Shown: positions 19,726 through 28,781, counted from the stretch's first letter. The stretch: 57,904 nt of DNA from an uncultured Rhodospirillaceae bacterium (GCA_964579285.1 CAZOHS010000001.1:13068-70971); one strand, 5' to 3'. Numbers and translations are program-made. The notes: generated by a model not told the origin, from the letters alone.

Positions 19726-20460
19726 ATGGAAAAATCGGTTATTGTAACTGGGGCAGCGAGTGGTATCGGTTTAGCTTGTTCCAAACTTCTCCTGGAGGAT
19801 GGTTGCCGTGTTCTCGCATTCGATCCGCAGGAAGATAAGTTACGGGCGGAACTGCCCGAATGCGACGAAGTATCATTTTTCAAGGGTGACGTCTCGAATC
19901 CCGAGAATTGCGAAAACTCTGTCGCGCAGGCTGTGAAAACTTTCGGTAAACTTGACGCCTTGATGCACTGGGGCGCCGCACATTCCTCCAAGCGTTGGGA
20001 CGAACTGGACGCAGTTGAGTGCAACTTCATTATGTCCGTGAATGTGACTGGCTCATTCCTGATTGCCCAAGCAGCCGCAAAGAATATGATGGCAAACGCT
20101 GGGGGTGCCATAGTCTTAACAACATCTACTTCGGTGCTTTTTGGAGTGACTGGAGGAAATGGGCAGGGTGGTCCCGCCTACGTAAGTTCAAAGGGTGCCA
20201 TTATTGCTTTGAATAGATCTCTGGCCCGTGCCCTGGCACCGCGCGTGCGCTGCAACGCGGTGAGCCCCGGTCTCGCCGAAACAGCGATGATAGAAGGTTA
20301 TACCGCGGCTCAGCGTGAGGTGATGGCACAACGATTTCCGATGGGGCGTTTTGGGCAGCCCGAAGAAATTGCTCACGCGGGTATATTTTTGATCTCAGAT
20401 AAAGCAAGCTTCATTACAGGGGAGGTCATACACGCGAACGGTGGGTCAAACTTTAACTGA
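19726..20460 (+). CDS. Short-chain dehydrogenase/reductase (SDR)
   Basis: It has VIVTGAASGIGLA and the catalytic YVSSK. It shares a Gly-rich insertion with 15801..16556. Confidence 0.9.
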   Translation: MEKSVIVTGAASGIGLACSKLLLEDGCRVLAFDPQEDKLRAELPECDEVSFFKGDVSNPENCENSVAQAVKTFGKLDALMHWGAAHSSKRWDELDAVECNFIMSVNVTGSFLIAQAAAKNMMANAGGAIVLTTSTSVLFGVTGGNGQGGPAYVSSKGAIIALNRSLARALAPRVRCNAVSPGLAETAMIEGYTAAQREVMAQRFPMGRFGQPEEIAHAGIFLISDKASFITGEVIHANGGSNFN

Positions 20461-20508
20461 CTTACTAAAGGCCTTATCATTATAGTGATAGCAACGGGAA
20501 GGATGAAA

Positions 20509-21219
20509 ATGCCTCATAACTTCGAAATGCCAAAAAAATATATTGACCAGATGGTAAACCGTATGGGGAGAGAGCACTCCCAAGAGACTTTCGATACCGA
20601 AAAAACCGCGCTGGTCGTCGTCGACATGCAAAACTACTTTATGGACGAAAGCCAACAAGCTGGCTGCCCCGTAGGCCAAACAATAGTCGATAACGTCAAT
20701 CGCATTGCGGACACCGTCAGGCGGACGGGAGGTATCGTGATATGGATACAAAACCTAGCGCCAGCGGACACCGCAATCACGTGGCGGACAGCCCACGAAC
20801 GATATACTGCGGATAAAGCAGAAATAAGGGTTGAATCCATGACGCGCGGTGAATGGCCCTTTGAACTTTGGCCCACACTCGACGTAAAGGACGACGACTT
20901 TCGTGTTACAAAGCGCCGCTACAGTGCTTTTATCCAGGGCTCGTCTGATATTGAACTCATATTAAAAGACAACAACATTGAAAATATTCTTGTCTGTGGT
21001 GTTGCTACCAATGTTTGCTGCGAAAGCACCGCGCGGGACGCGATGATGTTAAATTACCGTGCATTGATGGTCTCCGACGGGTGTGCCACCGCGTCAGACG
21101 AGGAACACGGGAACTCCCTAGTCGCTTTTTACACACACTTTGGCGACGTTCAAAATACGGATGAACTGTGTGCTCGTTTAGAGGCATCGGATCGGCGCAA
21201 TGAGCCAATCGATGCTTAA
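20509..21219 (+). CDS. Isochorismatase-family cysteine hydrolase (RutB/CSHase-like amidohydrolase)
   Basis: It has ALVVVDMQNYF and the nucleophile block VCGVATNVCCESTARDA. I chose the ATG at 20509 because GGAAGG lies 6 nt upstream. The ORF track starts at the GTG at 20485. Confidence 0.85.
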   Translation: MPHNFEMPKKYIDQMVNRMGREHSQETFDTEKTALVVVDMQNYFMDESQQAGCPVGQTIVDNVNRIADTVRRTGGIVIWIQNLAPADTAITWRTAHERYTADKAEIRVESMTRGEWPFELWPTLDVKDDDFRVTKRRYSAFIQGSSDIELILKDNNIENILVCGVATNVCCESTARDAMMLNYRALMVSDGCATASDEEHGNSLVAFYTHFGDVQNTDELCARLEASDRRNEPIDA

Positions 21220-21241
21220 ATAGGACGAAAGGATACCCCAT

Positions 21242-22432
21242 ATGGCTGGACCTATGGCACCCGAACCACCCCAGGGCAAAACGGTAATAAAAAATATCGG
21301 ACAAGTGCTTTCAGGAGCACTTGAAAATCCAATAATCAGCGCCGATACATTGGTCGCGGTGGACGGCAAGATTGCTGCCTTTGGCAAAGAAGCAGACATC
21401 GACACCGAGGCTGCCGACCTGACGATCGACGCCCACGGGGTAACACTTTGCCCCGGTTTAATCGACAGCCATGTGCATCCAGTATTTGGTGATTGGACCC
21501 CCCGACAAAGTCAGCTTAATTGGATTGACTCATCCATGCACGGGGGCGTTACAACAATGATTTCCGCGGGTGAAGTACATCTTCCCGGGCGCCCGAAGGA
21601 TCCTAAGGGGGTCGTAGCCCTCGGTATCACCGCACAACGTTGCTTTTCTGCTTTTCCAGCCGGAGGGGTAAAAGTACGAGCTGGGGCCCCAATTCTCGAA
21701 AAAGGTATGGTCGAGGAAGATTTTAAGGAACTCAGCGAAGCTGGAGTTAAACTGCTTGGAGAAATAGGCTTAGGCGGGGTCAAGGCTGGCGCCGAAGCCA
21801 AACAAATGGTTGACTGGGCGCGGAAATACGGAATTCAATCAACCATCCATACTGGCGGCCCCTCTATTCCTGGCTCAGGATTAATTGACAAGGACGTAGT
21901 TCTTGAAGCTGGGGCTGATATAATTGGTCACATAAACGGCGGACACACGTCCCTGCCGCTGGATCAAATCCGATGCCTTTGTGAAGAGTGTCAGGCGGGA
22001 ATTGAAATTGTGCACAACGGTAACGAAAAGGCTGCCTTGTTCGCCCTCCGAACCGCGTTCGAGCTGAAACAATCTGAGCGCGTTATTTTGGGTACGGACG
22101 GACCGGCAGGCTCTGGTGTTCAGCCCCTTGGGATTTTGCGGATGGTCTCAATGTTATCCTCACTCGGCGATGTCCCTGCTGAAATTGCTTTTTGTTTCGC
22201 AACTGGAAATACGGCGCGTATGCGCGAGTTAGATTGTGGCCTAATCGAAGCTGGAAGGACGGCAGATTTCGTATTTCTTGACAAAGCTCAACATAGCGCA
22301 GGTAAAGACCTACTGGAGAGCGTGCAAATGGGGGATATACCGGGTGTCGGAATGGTCATGATCGACGGCCGCGTCTCATCGGGCAGAAGCCGCAACACAC
22401 CCCCGGCAGAAACAATTCCTGAGGTTATTTGA
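21242..22432 (+). CDS. Amidohydrolase superfamily metallohydrolase, enamidase-like
   Basis: 396 aa with the metal motif GLIDSHVHPVFGDW, further His-containing strands (STIHTGG, IIGHINGGH) and a late LGTDGP. Size and context (near a Mo hydroxylase and an Hnr-like gene) resemble enamidase. The family-level call is firm; the subfamily call is an inference. Confidence 0.65.
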   Translation: MAGPMAPEPPQGKTVIKNIGQVLSGALENPIISADTLVAVDGKIAAFGKEADIDTEAADLTIDAHGVTLCPGLIDSHVHPVFGDWTPRQSQLNWIDSSMHGGVTTMISAGEVHLPGRPKDPKGVVALGITAQRCFSAFPAGGVKVRAGAPILEKGMVEEDFKELSEAGVKLLGEIGLGGVKAGAEAKQMVDWARKYGIQSTIHTGGPSIPGSGLIDKDVVLEAGADIIGHINGGHTSLPLDQIRCLCEECQAGIEIVHNGNEKAALFALRTAFELKQSERVILGTDGPAGSGVQPLGILRMVSMLSSLGDVPAEIAFCFATGNTARMRELDCGLIEAGRTADFVFLDKAQHSAGKDLLESVQMGDIPGVGMVMIDGRVSSGRSRNTPPAETIPEVI

Positions 22433-22441
22433 CACCTTACT

Positions 22442-23026
22442 TTATCGGAGCCCGTCTTCACCTTCCATTTGTTCAGTCGTCAAGCCCCCTACCCTTGGAA
22501 AGGGTCGCCCTGAATCGGTAACGGAAATGGCAACGAGGATTTCGTTTGCTCTAGGGGCATCTGCAAGCCGAACCTCCATTCCATCGAAATGGCTGCGTAC
22601 GTATGCCGCATCTTTATGACCGAGCGGTACATCGATGGGCGTGCCCGGTCCTCCAAGCTTTTTTACTGAGGGCACGAGGGCCGCCCCTTTTTCCACTTCT
22701 TTGCGTAATGGGGCTCCGAGTTTTGGATGTAGTATCGCGGCGGCGTGTTCCCATTCACCGTTTTCCCCAACAATTGCGGCTTTACCATAACTCTCGGCGT
22801 CTTCAGGATTGATGCCAAGTGCTTCAACACACATTTTTCCAAGAATTTCTCCTAGTTCTGCGCCAATATCCATCAGATCGCTCAAATCTTCCTCATATTT
22901 CCCCGCGAATGGGTTTTCAATTACAGCCAGAGCGGCCGCCTTACGTGTGGGCGGATCAACTGACTTCCCTATATCTTTATGGGTTTCTTCAACAATGACT
23001 GATGTCTTTCGAATATTTGCCAGCAT
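22442..23026 (-). CDS. DUF1185 / 'amino acid synthesis family' protein (function unknown)
   Basis: 194 aa with ...GKAAIVGENGEWEHAAAILHP ... VPLGHKDAAYVRSHFDGMEV ... GEDGLR*. I recognise this pattern as the PF06684-type family (recalled, not searched). It is a paralog of 25542..26171. Confidence 0.65.
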   Translation of the reverse strand: MLANIRKTSVIVEETHKDIGKSVDPPTRKAAALAVIENPFAGKYEEDLSDLMDIGAELGEILGKMCVEALGINPEDAESYGKAAIVGENGEWEHAAAILHPKLGAPLRKEVEKGAALVPSVKKLGGPGTPIDVPLGHKDAAYVRSHFDGMEVRLADAPRANEILVAISVTDSGRPFPRVGGLTTEQMEGEDGLR

Positions 23027-23195
23027 AGCGAACTCCCTAGGAAATTTTTAGTACCGTTGTTATTTTGGAAGTTCATCTCAGCAAAAATAATTGTCAAGCC
23101 AGAAGATCAAGCTTCCCTTTTTTCAATAGATGGATTGCCAGCAGCTTAAGCTCTGCTAAATTGCCCAAAACCCATCCCAATAGAGAACTCAGCAT

Positions 23196-25538
23196 ATGTC
23201 CGACGAGACCACACTCGAACCACTAAAATTTGGCATCGGCCAACCCGTACTGCGTGCAGAAGATCCAAAACTTCTCAGAGGGGACGGAATATACACAGAC
23301 GATTACGATGCCACAGGACAAGCATACGCTCGATTTCTCCGTTCACCGCTACCCCACGGCAAGATCCAATCCCTTGATGTTTCAGGTGCGATCGCAGCTG
23401 CCGGCGTCATAGCCGTCTATTCAGGAGAAGATCTACGCAATGCCGGAGTAAAAGATATACCATGCCCTATCGCTGTTAAAAGCCGAGACGGCTCTGACGC
23501 AGTTGTGCCACCCCGACCAGCCCTTGCGGTTGGGGAAGTCAAACACGTTGGCGACCCGGTTGCAGTCGTCATCGCGGAAACCGCATCCCAAGCTCAGGAT
23601 GCTATCGAGCGCATAAAGCTTGAGATAGACCCCTTACCCTACGTCACAGATCCGGTTATCGCAGAGGCCGTTGGCGCGCCACAAGTCTGGGAAATGGCCC
23701 CACGGAATACATGTCTTGATTTTCATTGGGGTGATGACCAGAAGGTTGAACAAGCCTTCGAGAAAGCGTCTCACATTACTAAAATTAAACTAACAAATAC
23801 CCGCATGATCGTTAGTGCCATGGAACCCAGGGCGACAGTTGCAGAATACGATCAAGACCTGAAAAAATTTACACTGCACGTCGGCACACAAGGTGTCGCC
23901 GGATACCGCAATGCTATGGCTAATATGTTGGGCACCGAGCCGGAGAAAATGCGAATAGTGTCGCAAGAGGTAGGAGGTTCGTTCGGTATGAAGGGTAGTG
24001 CTTTTAACGAAGCCGTTGTCGCCCTATTTGCTTCGAGACAACTCCGGCGGGCGGTTAAGTGGACAGCTGACAGGACAGAGAGTTTTCTGTCCGATCATCA
24101 CGGTCGCGCTATGACCTTCGAGTTAACCCTCGGCCTCGACACAAATGCCAACTTCCTTGCTTTACGCGTAGACGGCGTAGGCGATATGGGAGCCTATCTG
24201 ACTGCCATGGGGCCATGGCCCGCAACAATGGTCACCAGTCGCAATATAATCAGTGTTTATAAGACGCCGGCGATCTCATTCAATACAAAGTGTATCTTTA
24301 CCAATACTGTACCCACAGGCCCCTACAGGGGGGCAGGCAGACCAGAGTCGAAGTTCTTTCTAGAAAGGTTGATAGATAAGGCAGCAGAGGAAATAGGTAT
24401 GGATAGGATTGAGATCCGAAGGCGCAATATGATTAGCCCGGAAATGCTTCCTCATTCAACACCCGTAGACCTCACATACGATTCGGGAGAATTTGAAACT
24501 GTCCTGGATAAGTGTTTGAAACGTGCTGATTACGATGGCTATCTCAACCGAAAAAAATCCGCCGAGGACCATGGAAAATTGCTTGGTTTAGGTATTGCCC
24601 CCTACCTCGAAACTACAGCAGGGCCCGGCACCGAACTTGCCGACATTCGTTTTGAGGCAGATGGCACTGTAACACTAACGTCTGGTACCAAAGATTTTGG
24701 GATGGGACATGCCACGCCCTTCGCTCAGGTTTTGTCGTCCGAACTAGGCATACCTTTTGAGAGTATCAACCTCGTTCAACACGATTCAGACGAAATGAGC
24801 CCCGGTGCCGGCGGGTCTGGGGGATCTCGCTCAATGATCGCAGCTAGTGGTGCGATCATTGAATGCGCTGCACTAATTGTAGACAAAGGTCTCAACGCGG
24901 CCAGTCACATCCTCGAAGCAGCAATCGAAGATATTACGTTTTCGGATGGAATTTTCACCGTAACCGGCACTGATAGATCTATCGGTATAATAGCCTTGGA
25001 AGAAAAACTGCGGGGCTTATCTGACCTAGAAGAGGGTGTCCCCAAAACATTATCAAATAAAGTTAACCACAATACTGCGCCAATAAGCTTCCCCAACGGT
25101 TGCCATGTGGCGGAGGTAGAAATTGATCCTGATACCGGAAACGTCACAATTGAGCGTTACACCGTAGTTGATGATTTTGGGGTTGTGGTAAACCCCCTCA
25201 TCGTCGAAGGGCAAGTCCATGGAGGCATTGCTCAAGGTATTGGCCAGGTTATATGTGAAGACACTATTTATGATGAAAGCGGCCAACTTCTCACCGCCAC
25301 GTACCTTGATTATCAATTGCCTCGTGCCGAAGATATCACACACATTGACTTCACAACCCACCCGGTACCGTGCACGACGAACCCACTCGGTGTAAAGGGT
25401 TGCGGAGAAGCGGGGAACGGCGGATCTTACCCAGTAATATATAATGCAATAATGGACGCGATTAATGGCAACAACGGCGTGGAATTAGGTATTCCCGCTA
25501 CTCCCCAAAGAATTTGGCAGGCCATTCACTCTGTATAG
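23196..25538 (+). CDS. Xanthine dehydrogenase/CoxL-family molybdopterin-binding large subunit. It is not a true CO dehydrogenase and has no adjacent FeS or FAD partner genes.
   Basis: 780 aa with VGGSFGMKG, the active-site loop TGPYRGAGRPE (form-II-like, not VAYRCSFR) and ...GVKGCGEAG.... Confidence 0.9.
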   Translation: MSDETTLEPLKFGIGQPVLRAEDPKLLRGDGIYTDDYDATGQAYARFLRSPLPHGKIQSLDVSGAIAAAGVIAVYSGEDLRNAGVKDIPCPIAVKSRDGSDAVVPPRPALAVGEVKHVGDPVAVVIAETASQAQDAIERIKLEIDPLPYVTDPVIAEAVGAPQVWEMAPRNTCLDFHWGDDQKVEQAFEKASHITKIKLTNTRMIVSAMEPRATVAEYDQDLKKFTLHVGTQGVAGYRNAMANMLGTEPEKMRIVSQEVGGSFGMKGSAFNEAVVALFASRQLRRAVKWTADRTESFLSDHHGRAMTFELTLGLDTNANFLALRVDGVGDMGAYLTAMGPWPATMVTSRNIISVYKTPAISFNTKCIFTNTVPTGPYRGAGRPESKFFLERLIDKAAEEIGMDRIEIRRRNMISPEMLPHSTPVDLTYDSGEFETVLDKCLKRADYDGYLNRKKSAEDHGKLLGLGIAPYLETTAGPGTELADIRFEADGTVTLTSGTKDFGMGHATPFAQVLSSELGIPFESINLVQHDSDEMSPGAGGSGGSRSMIAASGAIIECAALIVDKGLNAASHILEAAIEDITFSDGIFTVTGTDRSIGIIALEEKLRGLSDLEEGVPKTLSNKVNHNTAPISFPNGCHVAEVEIDPDTGNVTIERYTVVDDFGVVVNPLIVEGQVHGGIAQGIGQVICEDTIYDESGQLLTATYLDYQLPRAEDITHIDFTTHPVPCTTNPLGVKGCGEAGNGGSYPVIYNAIMDAINGNNGVELGIPATPQRIWQAIHSV

Positions 25539-25541
25539 TGA

Positions 25542-26171
25542 CTACCGCAGTCCATCTTCGCCTATTACGTCTTTATCCTGTAATCCTGCCGAACGTGCAT
25601 ATATTCGGGGTGCAGTCGACATTGATTGCACCCATACAATCTCGTTTGCGCGCGGTGCATCATTAATAGCACACACGACTGTGTCAAAGTGCGATCGAAC
25701 ATACGCGGCATTCGCATGACCAATTGGAACATCGATGGAACATCCAGGGCCGCCAACTTTTTTTGTTGAAGGAACGATCGCCGCGGATTTCTCCATGAGT
25801 TGGCGCATTCCGTAACCACCGGGTTCATGCCACAACGCAGCATGCTCGAGTTCCCCGTTCTCCCCCACTATTGCGGCCTTACCGTACGCCACAACATTAT
25901 CCGCACCTCCCAATACGCCCATCAGCCTCTTAGCCATCTCAATACCCATAGGTTTCAGTTGCTCCATTAAGGGCAGAATGTCCTCGACGTAACGACCAGC
26001 GTAGGGGTTGTGCGTCACAGCAGCGACATATCCTTTTAACTGAGGCGTCTCCGCAACTGGACCAAATTCGTGGAGCACCTCCTCAACGCAGAGGACGAAT
26101 TTGCGGACCTTAACGAGATCGCCAAAATCCCCGCCGGGCGCTGTTTCTAAAGCTACTCTGCCATCGTCCAT
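25542..26171 (-). CDS. DUF1185 / 'amino acid synthesis family' protein (function unknown)
   Basis: 209 aa with ...GKAAIVGENGELEHAALWHEP ... VPIGHANAAYVRSHFDTVV ... GEDGLR*. It aligns by eye along its whole length with 22442..23026. Confidence 0.65.
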   Translation of the reverse strand: MDDGRVALETAPGGDFGDLVKVRKFVLCVEEVLHEFGPVAETPQLKGYVAAVTHNPYAGRYVEDILPLMEQLKPMGIEMAKRLMGVLGGADNVVAYGKAAIVGENGELEHAALWHEPGGYGMRQLMEKSAAIVPSTKKVGGPGCSIDVPIGHANAAYVRSHFDTVVCAINDAPRANEIVWVQSMSTAPRIYARSAGLQDKDVIGEDGLR

Positions 26172-26218
26172 TTTTCTTTCCCCTAATATTGACCGATACT
26201 AAATAAGTAGGTTTTTAA

Positions 26219-26230
26219 AATTTCGAAATT
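26219..26230. promoter_or_regulatory. Perfect 12-bp palindrome AATTTCGAAATT upstream of the second DUF1185 gene
   Basis: Read directly. It lies 48-59 bp upstream of the start at 26171, inside a very AT-rich 231-bp spacer. Chance occurrence in AT-rich DNA is possible. Confidence 0.15.
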
Positions 26231-26402
26231 ACTATCTTTTTTATCATATAATCTGACCATTTTATCAAACAGGCGTCGCGTATATGTTTCTATTACTAAA
26301 ACTACGCCCACGCACCCCGGATAAAATACCTCAATAATTCATAGGCATTAATATTAAAGTTTTTATTTAATTTCAAGTTGTTAAAATAAGTATATAAGAA
26401 AG

Positions 26403-27266
26403 TTATTTAAGATTTTTAATAGGCGCCGTTGCGCCAGGAACATCTCCCACATAGCGAAAATTCCCTTTTAGGAGTATCGCTGCGGCGACTATCAACCCAT
26501 CCCGCAACATTCCACTCGCAGCCGTATGACCAGCATCAAGTGCTGCATCTACAGTAGTCTTATCAAGATTGCCCACAGAAACAGTTACCAACCGGTTGCC
26601 CAGATCGGTTTGATCATCCATCTCCGACGCTGGCCTTCGCTCAATCGATTGATGATCGGCGTTCACGGCATTAGCAATTAATGTTGCTGCGACATCAGCT
26701 ATTGCTGCCGAGACCGCAACTACAGTAACTGCATCGGCGATCCCAAAAGACCAACTACGACCCCGCCAACCACTGGTCGCGACACCCCGTATCGGTGAGG
26801 CATGATCTATTTCCGCAGTCGCATCAATGCCCGGTTTGTCAAGTTCACCCACAATTCCAAGTCTAAGTTTTTCACCGGGCGCGAGGTAAATAGCAATATC
26901 TCCGGAATTGTTTATGTATGCTCTACGTAAGTCACGCCCACGTGTTAATGCTTGAGCCATTTCGTCGGCCACAGATCCGGCCACCGCGGCCATAGGCGTT
27001 ACAAAGGAGCCCCTGTGCGGCCAAACCGCATCCATCATCCTGACTGCCACTGGACCTTTCGGCACCCAGCGCGGTTCTTTAACAACTTGTTGGATTTTTG
27101 GGAGTTCCTCAACGAGTTGAGAAAGAATTGTCGAAAAGCGATCGCGAACCTGACCGTATGCCTCGGCGACCTCTTCATCGCTACCGAATGCCTCAATCAC
27201 AAGATCAATGGGACCGTGTTGAAGGTGAAGCCTACGGCCGTCGGCCAACAGCGAGGACTGAAGCAC
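26403..27266 (-). CDS. UPF0280-family protein (ApbE-like superfamily; function unknown)
   Basis: 287 aa with a GTG start after GGGGGG. It begins MLQSSLLADGRRLHLQHGPIDLVIEAFG... . The family assignment is from memory of UPF0280 N-termini and of its usual position next to Hnr-like genes. It is the last gene of the Mo-hydroxylase operon. Confidence 0.5.
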   Translation of the reverse strand: MLQSSLLADGRRLHLQHGPIDLVIEAFGSDEEVAEAYGQVRDRFSTILSQLVEELPKIQQVVKEPRWVPKGPVAVRMMDAVWPHRGSFVTPMAAVAGSVADEMAQALTRGRDLRRAYINNSGDIAIYLAPGEKLRLGIVGELDKPGIDATAEIDHASPIRGVATSGWRGRSWSFGIADAVTVVAVSAAIADVAATLIANAVNADHQSIERRPASEMDDQTDLGNRLVTVSVGNLDKTTVDAALDAGHTAASGMLRDGLIVAAAILLKGNFRYVGDVPGATAPIKNLK

Positions 27267-27290
27267 TTTAGCCCCCCAAGAAACCGCGCA

Positions 27291-28781
27291 TTACGAACTC
27301 GCAGGCGCCCTGCGTTCGGACAACGGCCATGGGTTTGTTCCCTCCCAAGGCATGGGTTCTACTCCGTGGAGACCGCCCTCCCTGAGGACTTCGTCAAGCC
27401 CTCGAACGTGATCTTGATAGCCTCCGAGCGCAATAAATTCCTCCTGTCGCATCGTAAATTCTATTGGGGCTACTAACGCGGGTGTCGGCACATAACCGAA
27501 AGAGTTGTCAGGTGTTCGCAATATATCAGCCATCAACGTGATCCCGCCACCTGGCCAAACATATACTGGCGCACCCCCGCACGTAACTCGAGTGCGCAAT
27601 TCCCGCACCGACCGTGTCAAAAGTACCGGGTTTACAGTCACTCCGGCGCGCAGAGAACCTCCCGCACCTCCCATGAACATTACTGTAGACAAAGCGGGTT
27701 CGCAATTTTCCCCAATACGGTCGACCGAAACCGCCAACTCAGCCGGCATTTCGGATGCAACTGGCGTCAAGTCATCGTCCAAAATAAAGTATTCCTGATC
27801 TTCGCCTGTCGTACTTACCATCAACAAGCGAAGACCCGGCCAAGCGACCTCGGGATTAATACTTTCAACAATCGATAGAGGATCCGTTATGTCGGTACCG
27901 CCCCACCCACTTCCAGGCTCAGCAACCTGAAAGTAGCGCCCCGGCGTAGACCTTCGGCCCCGAACACGGATACCTGCCGGAGGCATGTCTAGGAATTTTC
28001 CAGACTGATGTTCTGTCAGCACACCCGTAATGTGGTCATCGACAACGATTACCTCATCGGCGTGGCCAAACCACTGGGGTGCAAAGATGCCAATAGTTGC
28101 CGACCCGCAGCCCACACGCATCCGTTCTTCTTGTTCGTCCTCTATAATCGGTGGCTTTCCTGCTTGGACGGTCAGGGCAGCTCCCCCATCAATCGTCATC
28201 TCAACAGCTTCTTTGTTGCAGAGCGAGAGCATTGCCTGGCAAGTGGCATTACCTTCTTTTTTAGTGCCCCCCGTCAAATGACGGACCCCGCCCAAAGCCA
28301 GCATCTGCGAGCCATACTCGGCTGTCGTAACATGTCCAATCTGTTCGCCGCCAACACGAACAGCAGCAGGTTCCGGACCAATATAGCGATCAGTGTCGAT
28401 TTTGACTTTTACACCACAGTAACTAAACACCCCCTCCGAAACGACTGTAACCATGTCGACACCCTCATGCTCGGACGAAACAATAAATGGTGCTGGCTTG
28501 TAATCTGGGTATGTCGTTGTCGCGCCAATACCCGTAACAAAAGTAGGTGATTGAAAATTTAGCGAACCATCCCACTCCGACTGACCCTGAATAAATGGGA
28601 CGAGGTCACCACTATCATCGGCTATTTTTTGGGTCACTATCAAGGGGTCGGTGCGAGTAAGTTCCCCATCAAAATTTCCGTACCGATCACAGGCACCTGT
28701 CTTACCTTCCCTAATTCTGCACAAAACCGGGCAAGCGTCACACGTGATCACGCCATCTTTAACGACTTTCTGCTCACTCAC
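27291..28781 (-). CDS. 6-hydroxynicotinate reductase-like Fe-S (flavo)protein
   Basis: 496 aa. The N-terminal Cys cluster is CDACPVLCRIREGKTGACDRYGN, with further conserved Cys (YCGV, TCQAMLSLC, VGCGS, TCGG). The GTG start overlaps the upstream stop (GTGA) and follows AGGAGGGG. The subfamily assignment is recalled, not searched. Confidence 0.55.
   Translation of the reverse strand: MSEQKVVKDGVITCDACPVLCRIREGKTGACDRYGNFDGELTRTDPLIVTQKIADDSGDLVPFIQGQSEWDGSLNFQSPTFVTGIGATTTYPDYKPAPFIVSSEHEGVDMVTVVSEGVFSYCGVKVKIDTDRYIGPEPAAVRVGGEQIGHVTTAEYGSQMLALGGVRHLTGGTKKEGNATCQAMLSLCNKEAVEMTIDGGAALTVQAGKPPIIEDEQEERMRVGCGSATIGIFAPQWFGHADEVIVVDDHITGVLTEHQSGKFLDMPPAGIRVRGRRSTPGRYFQVAEPGSGWGGTDITDPLSIVESINPEVAWPGLRLLMVSTTGEDQEYFILDDDLTPVASEMPAELAVSVDRIGENCEPALSTVMFMGGAGGSLRAGVTVNPVLLTRSVRELRTRVTCGGAPVYVWPGGGITLMADILRTPDNSFGYVPTPALVAPIEFTMRQEEFIALGGYQDHVRGLDEVLREGGLHGVEPMPWEGTNPWPLSERRAPASS

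Noticed and set aside
19704-20111. 135-aa minus-strand ORF that resembles the plus-strand ORF 16114-16302
   Set aside because: The similarity exists only because both are antisense frames of the two paralogous SDR genes. They are not independent genes.
20509-21219. Calling the first isochorismatase-family gene a nicotinamidase (PncA) that feeds nicotinate into the pathway
   Set aside because: The nucleophile block GVATNVCCESTARDA looks like RutB/CSHase-type cysteine hydrolases, not the PncA pattern as I recall it. The substrate cannot be assigned from sequence alone.
23143-23152. Palindrome AGCTTAAGCT in the DUF1185 / CoxL-like divergent region
   Set aside because: A 10-bp palindrome is too short to distinguish from chance in a 58-kb window.
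23196-25538. Interpretation as aerobic carbon monoxide dehydrogenase (CoxL)
   Set aside because: The active-site loop is PYRGAGR, not the VAYRCSFR signature of true form-I CODH. No coxM, coxS or accessory cox genes are adjacent.
26952-28550. Plus-strand ORFs 26952-27476 (174 aa), 27505-27798, 28008-28550 (180 aa) and 28030-28281
   Set aside because: They are antisense to the UPF0280 and Hnr-like genes. Their composition is biased (Arg/His/Pro-rich) and they have no start context.
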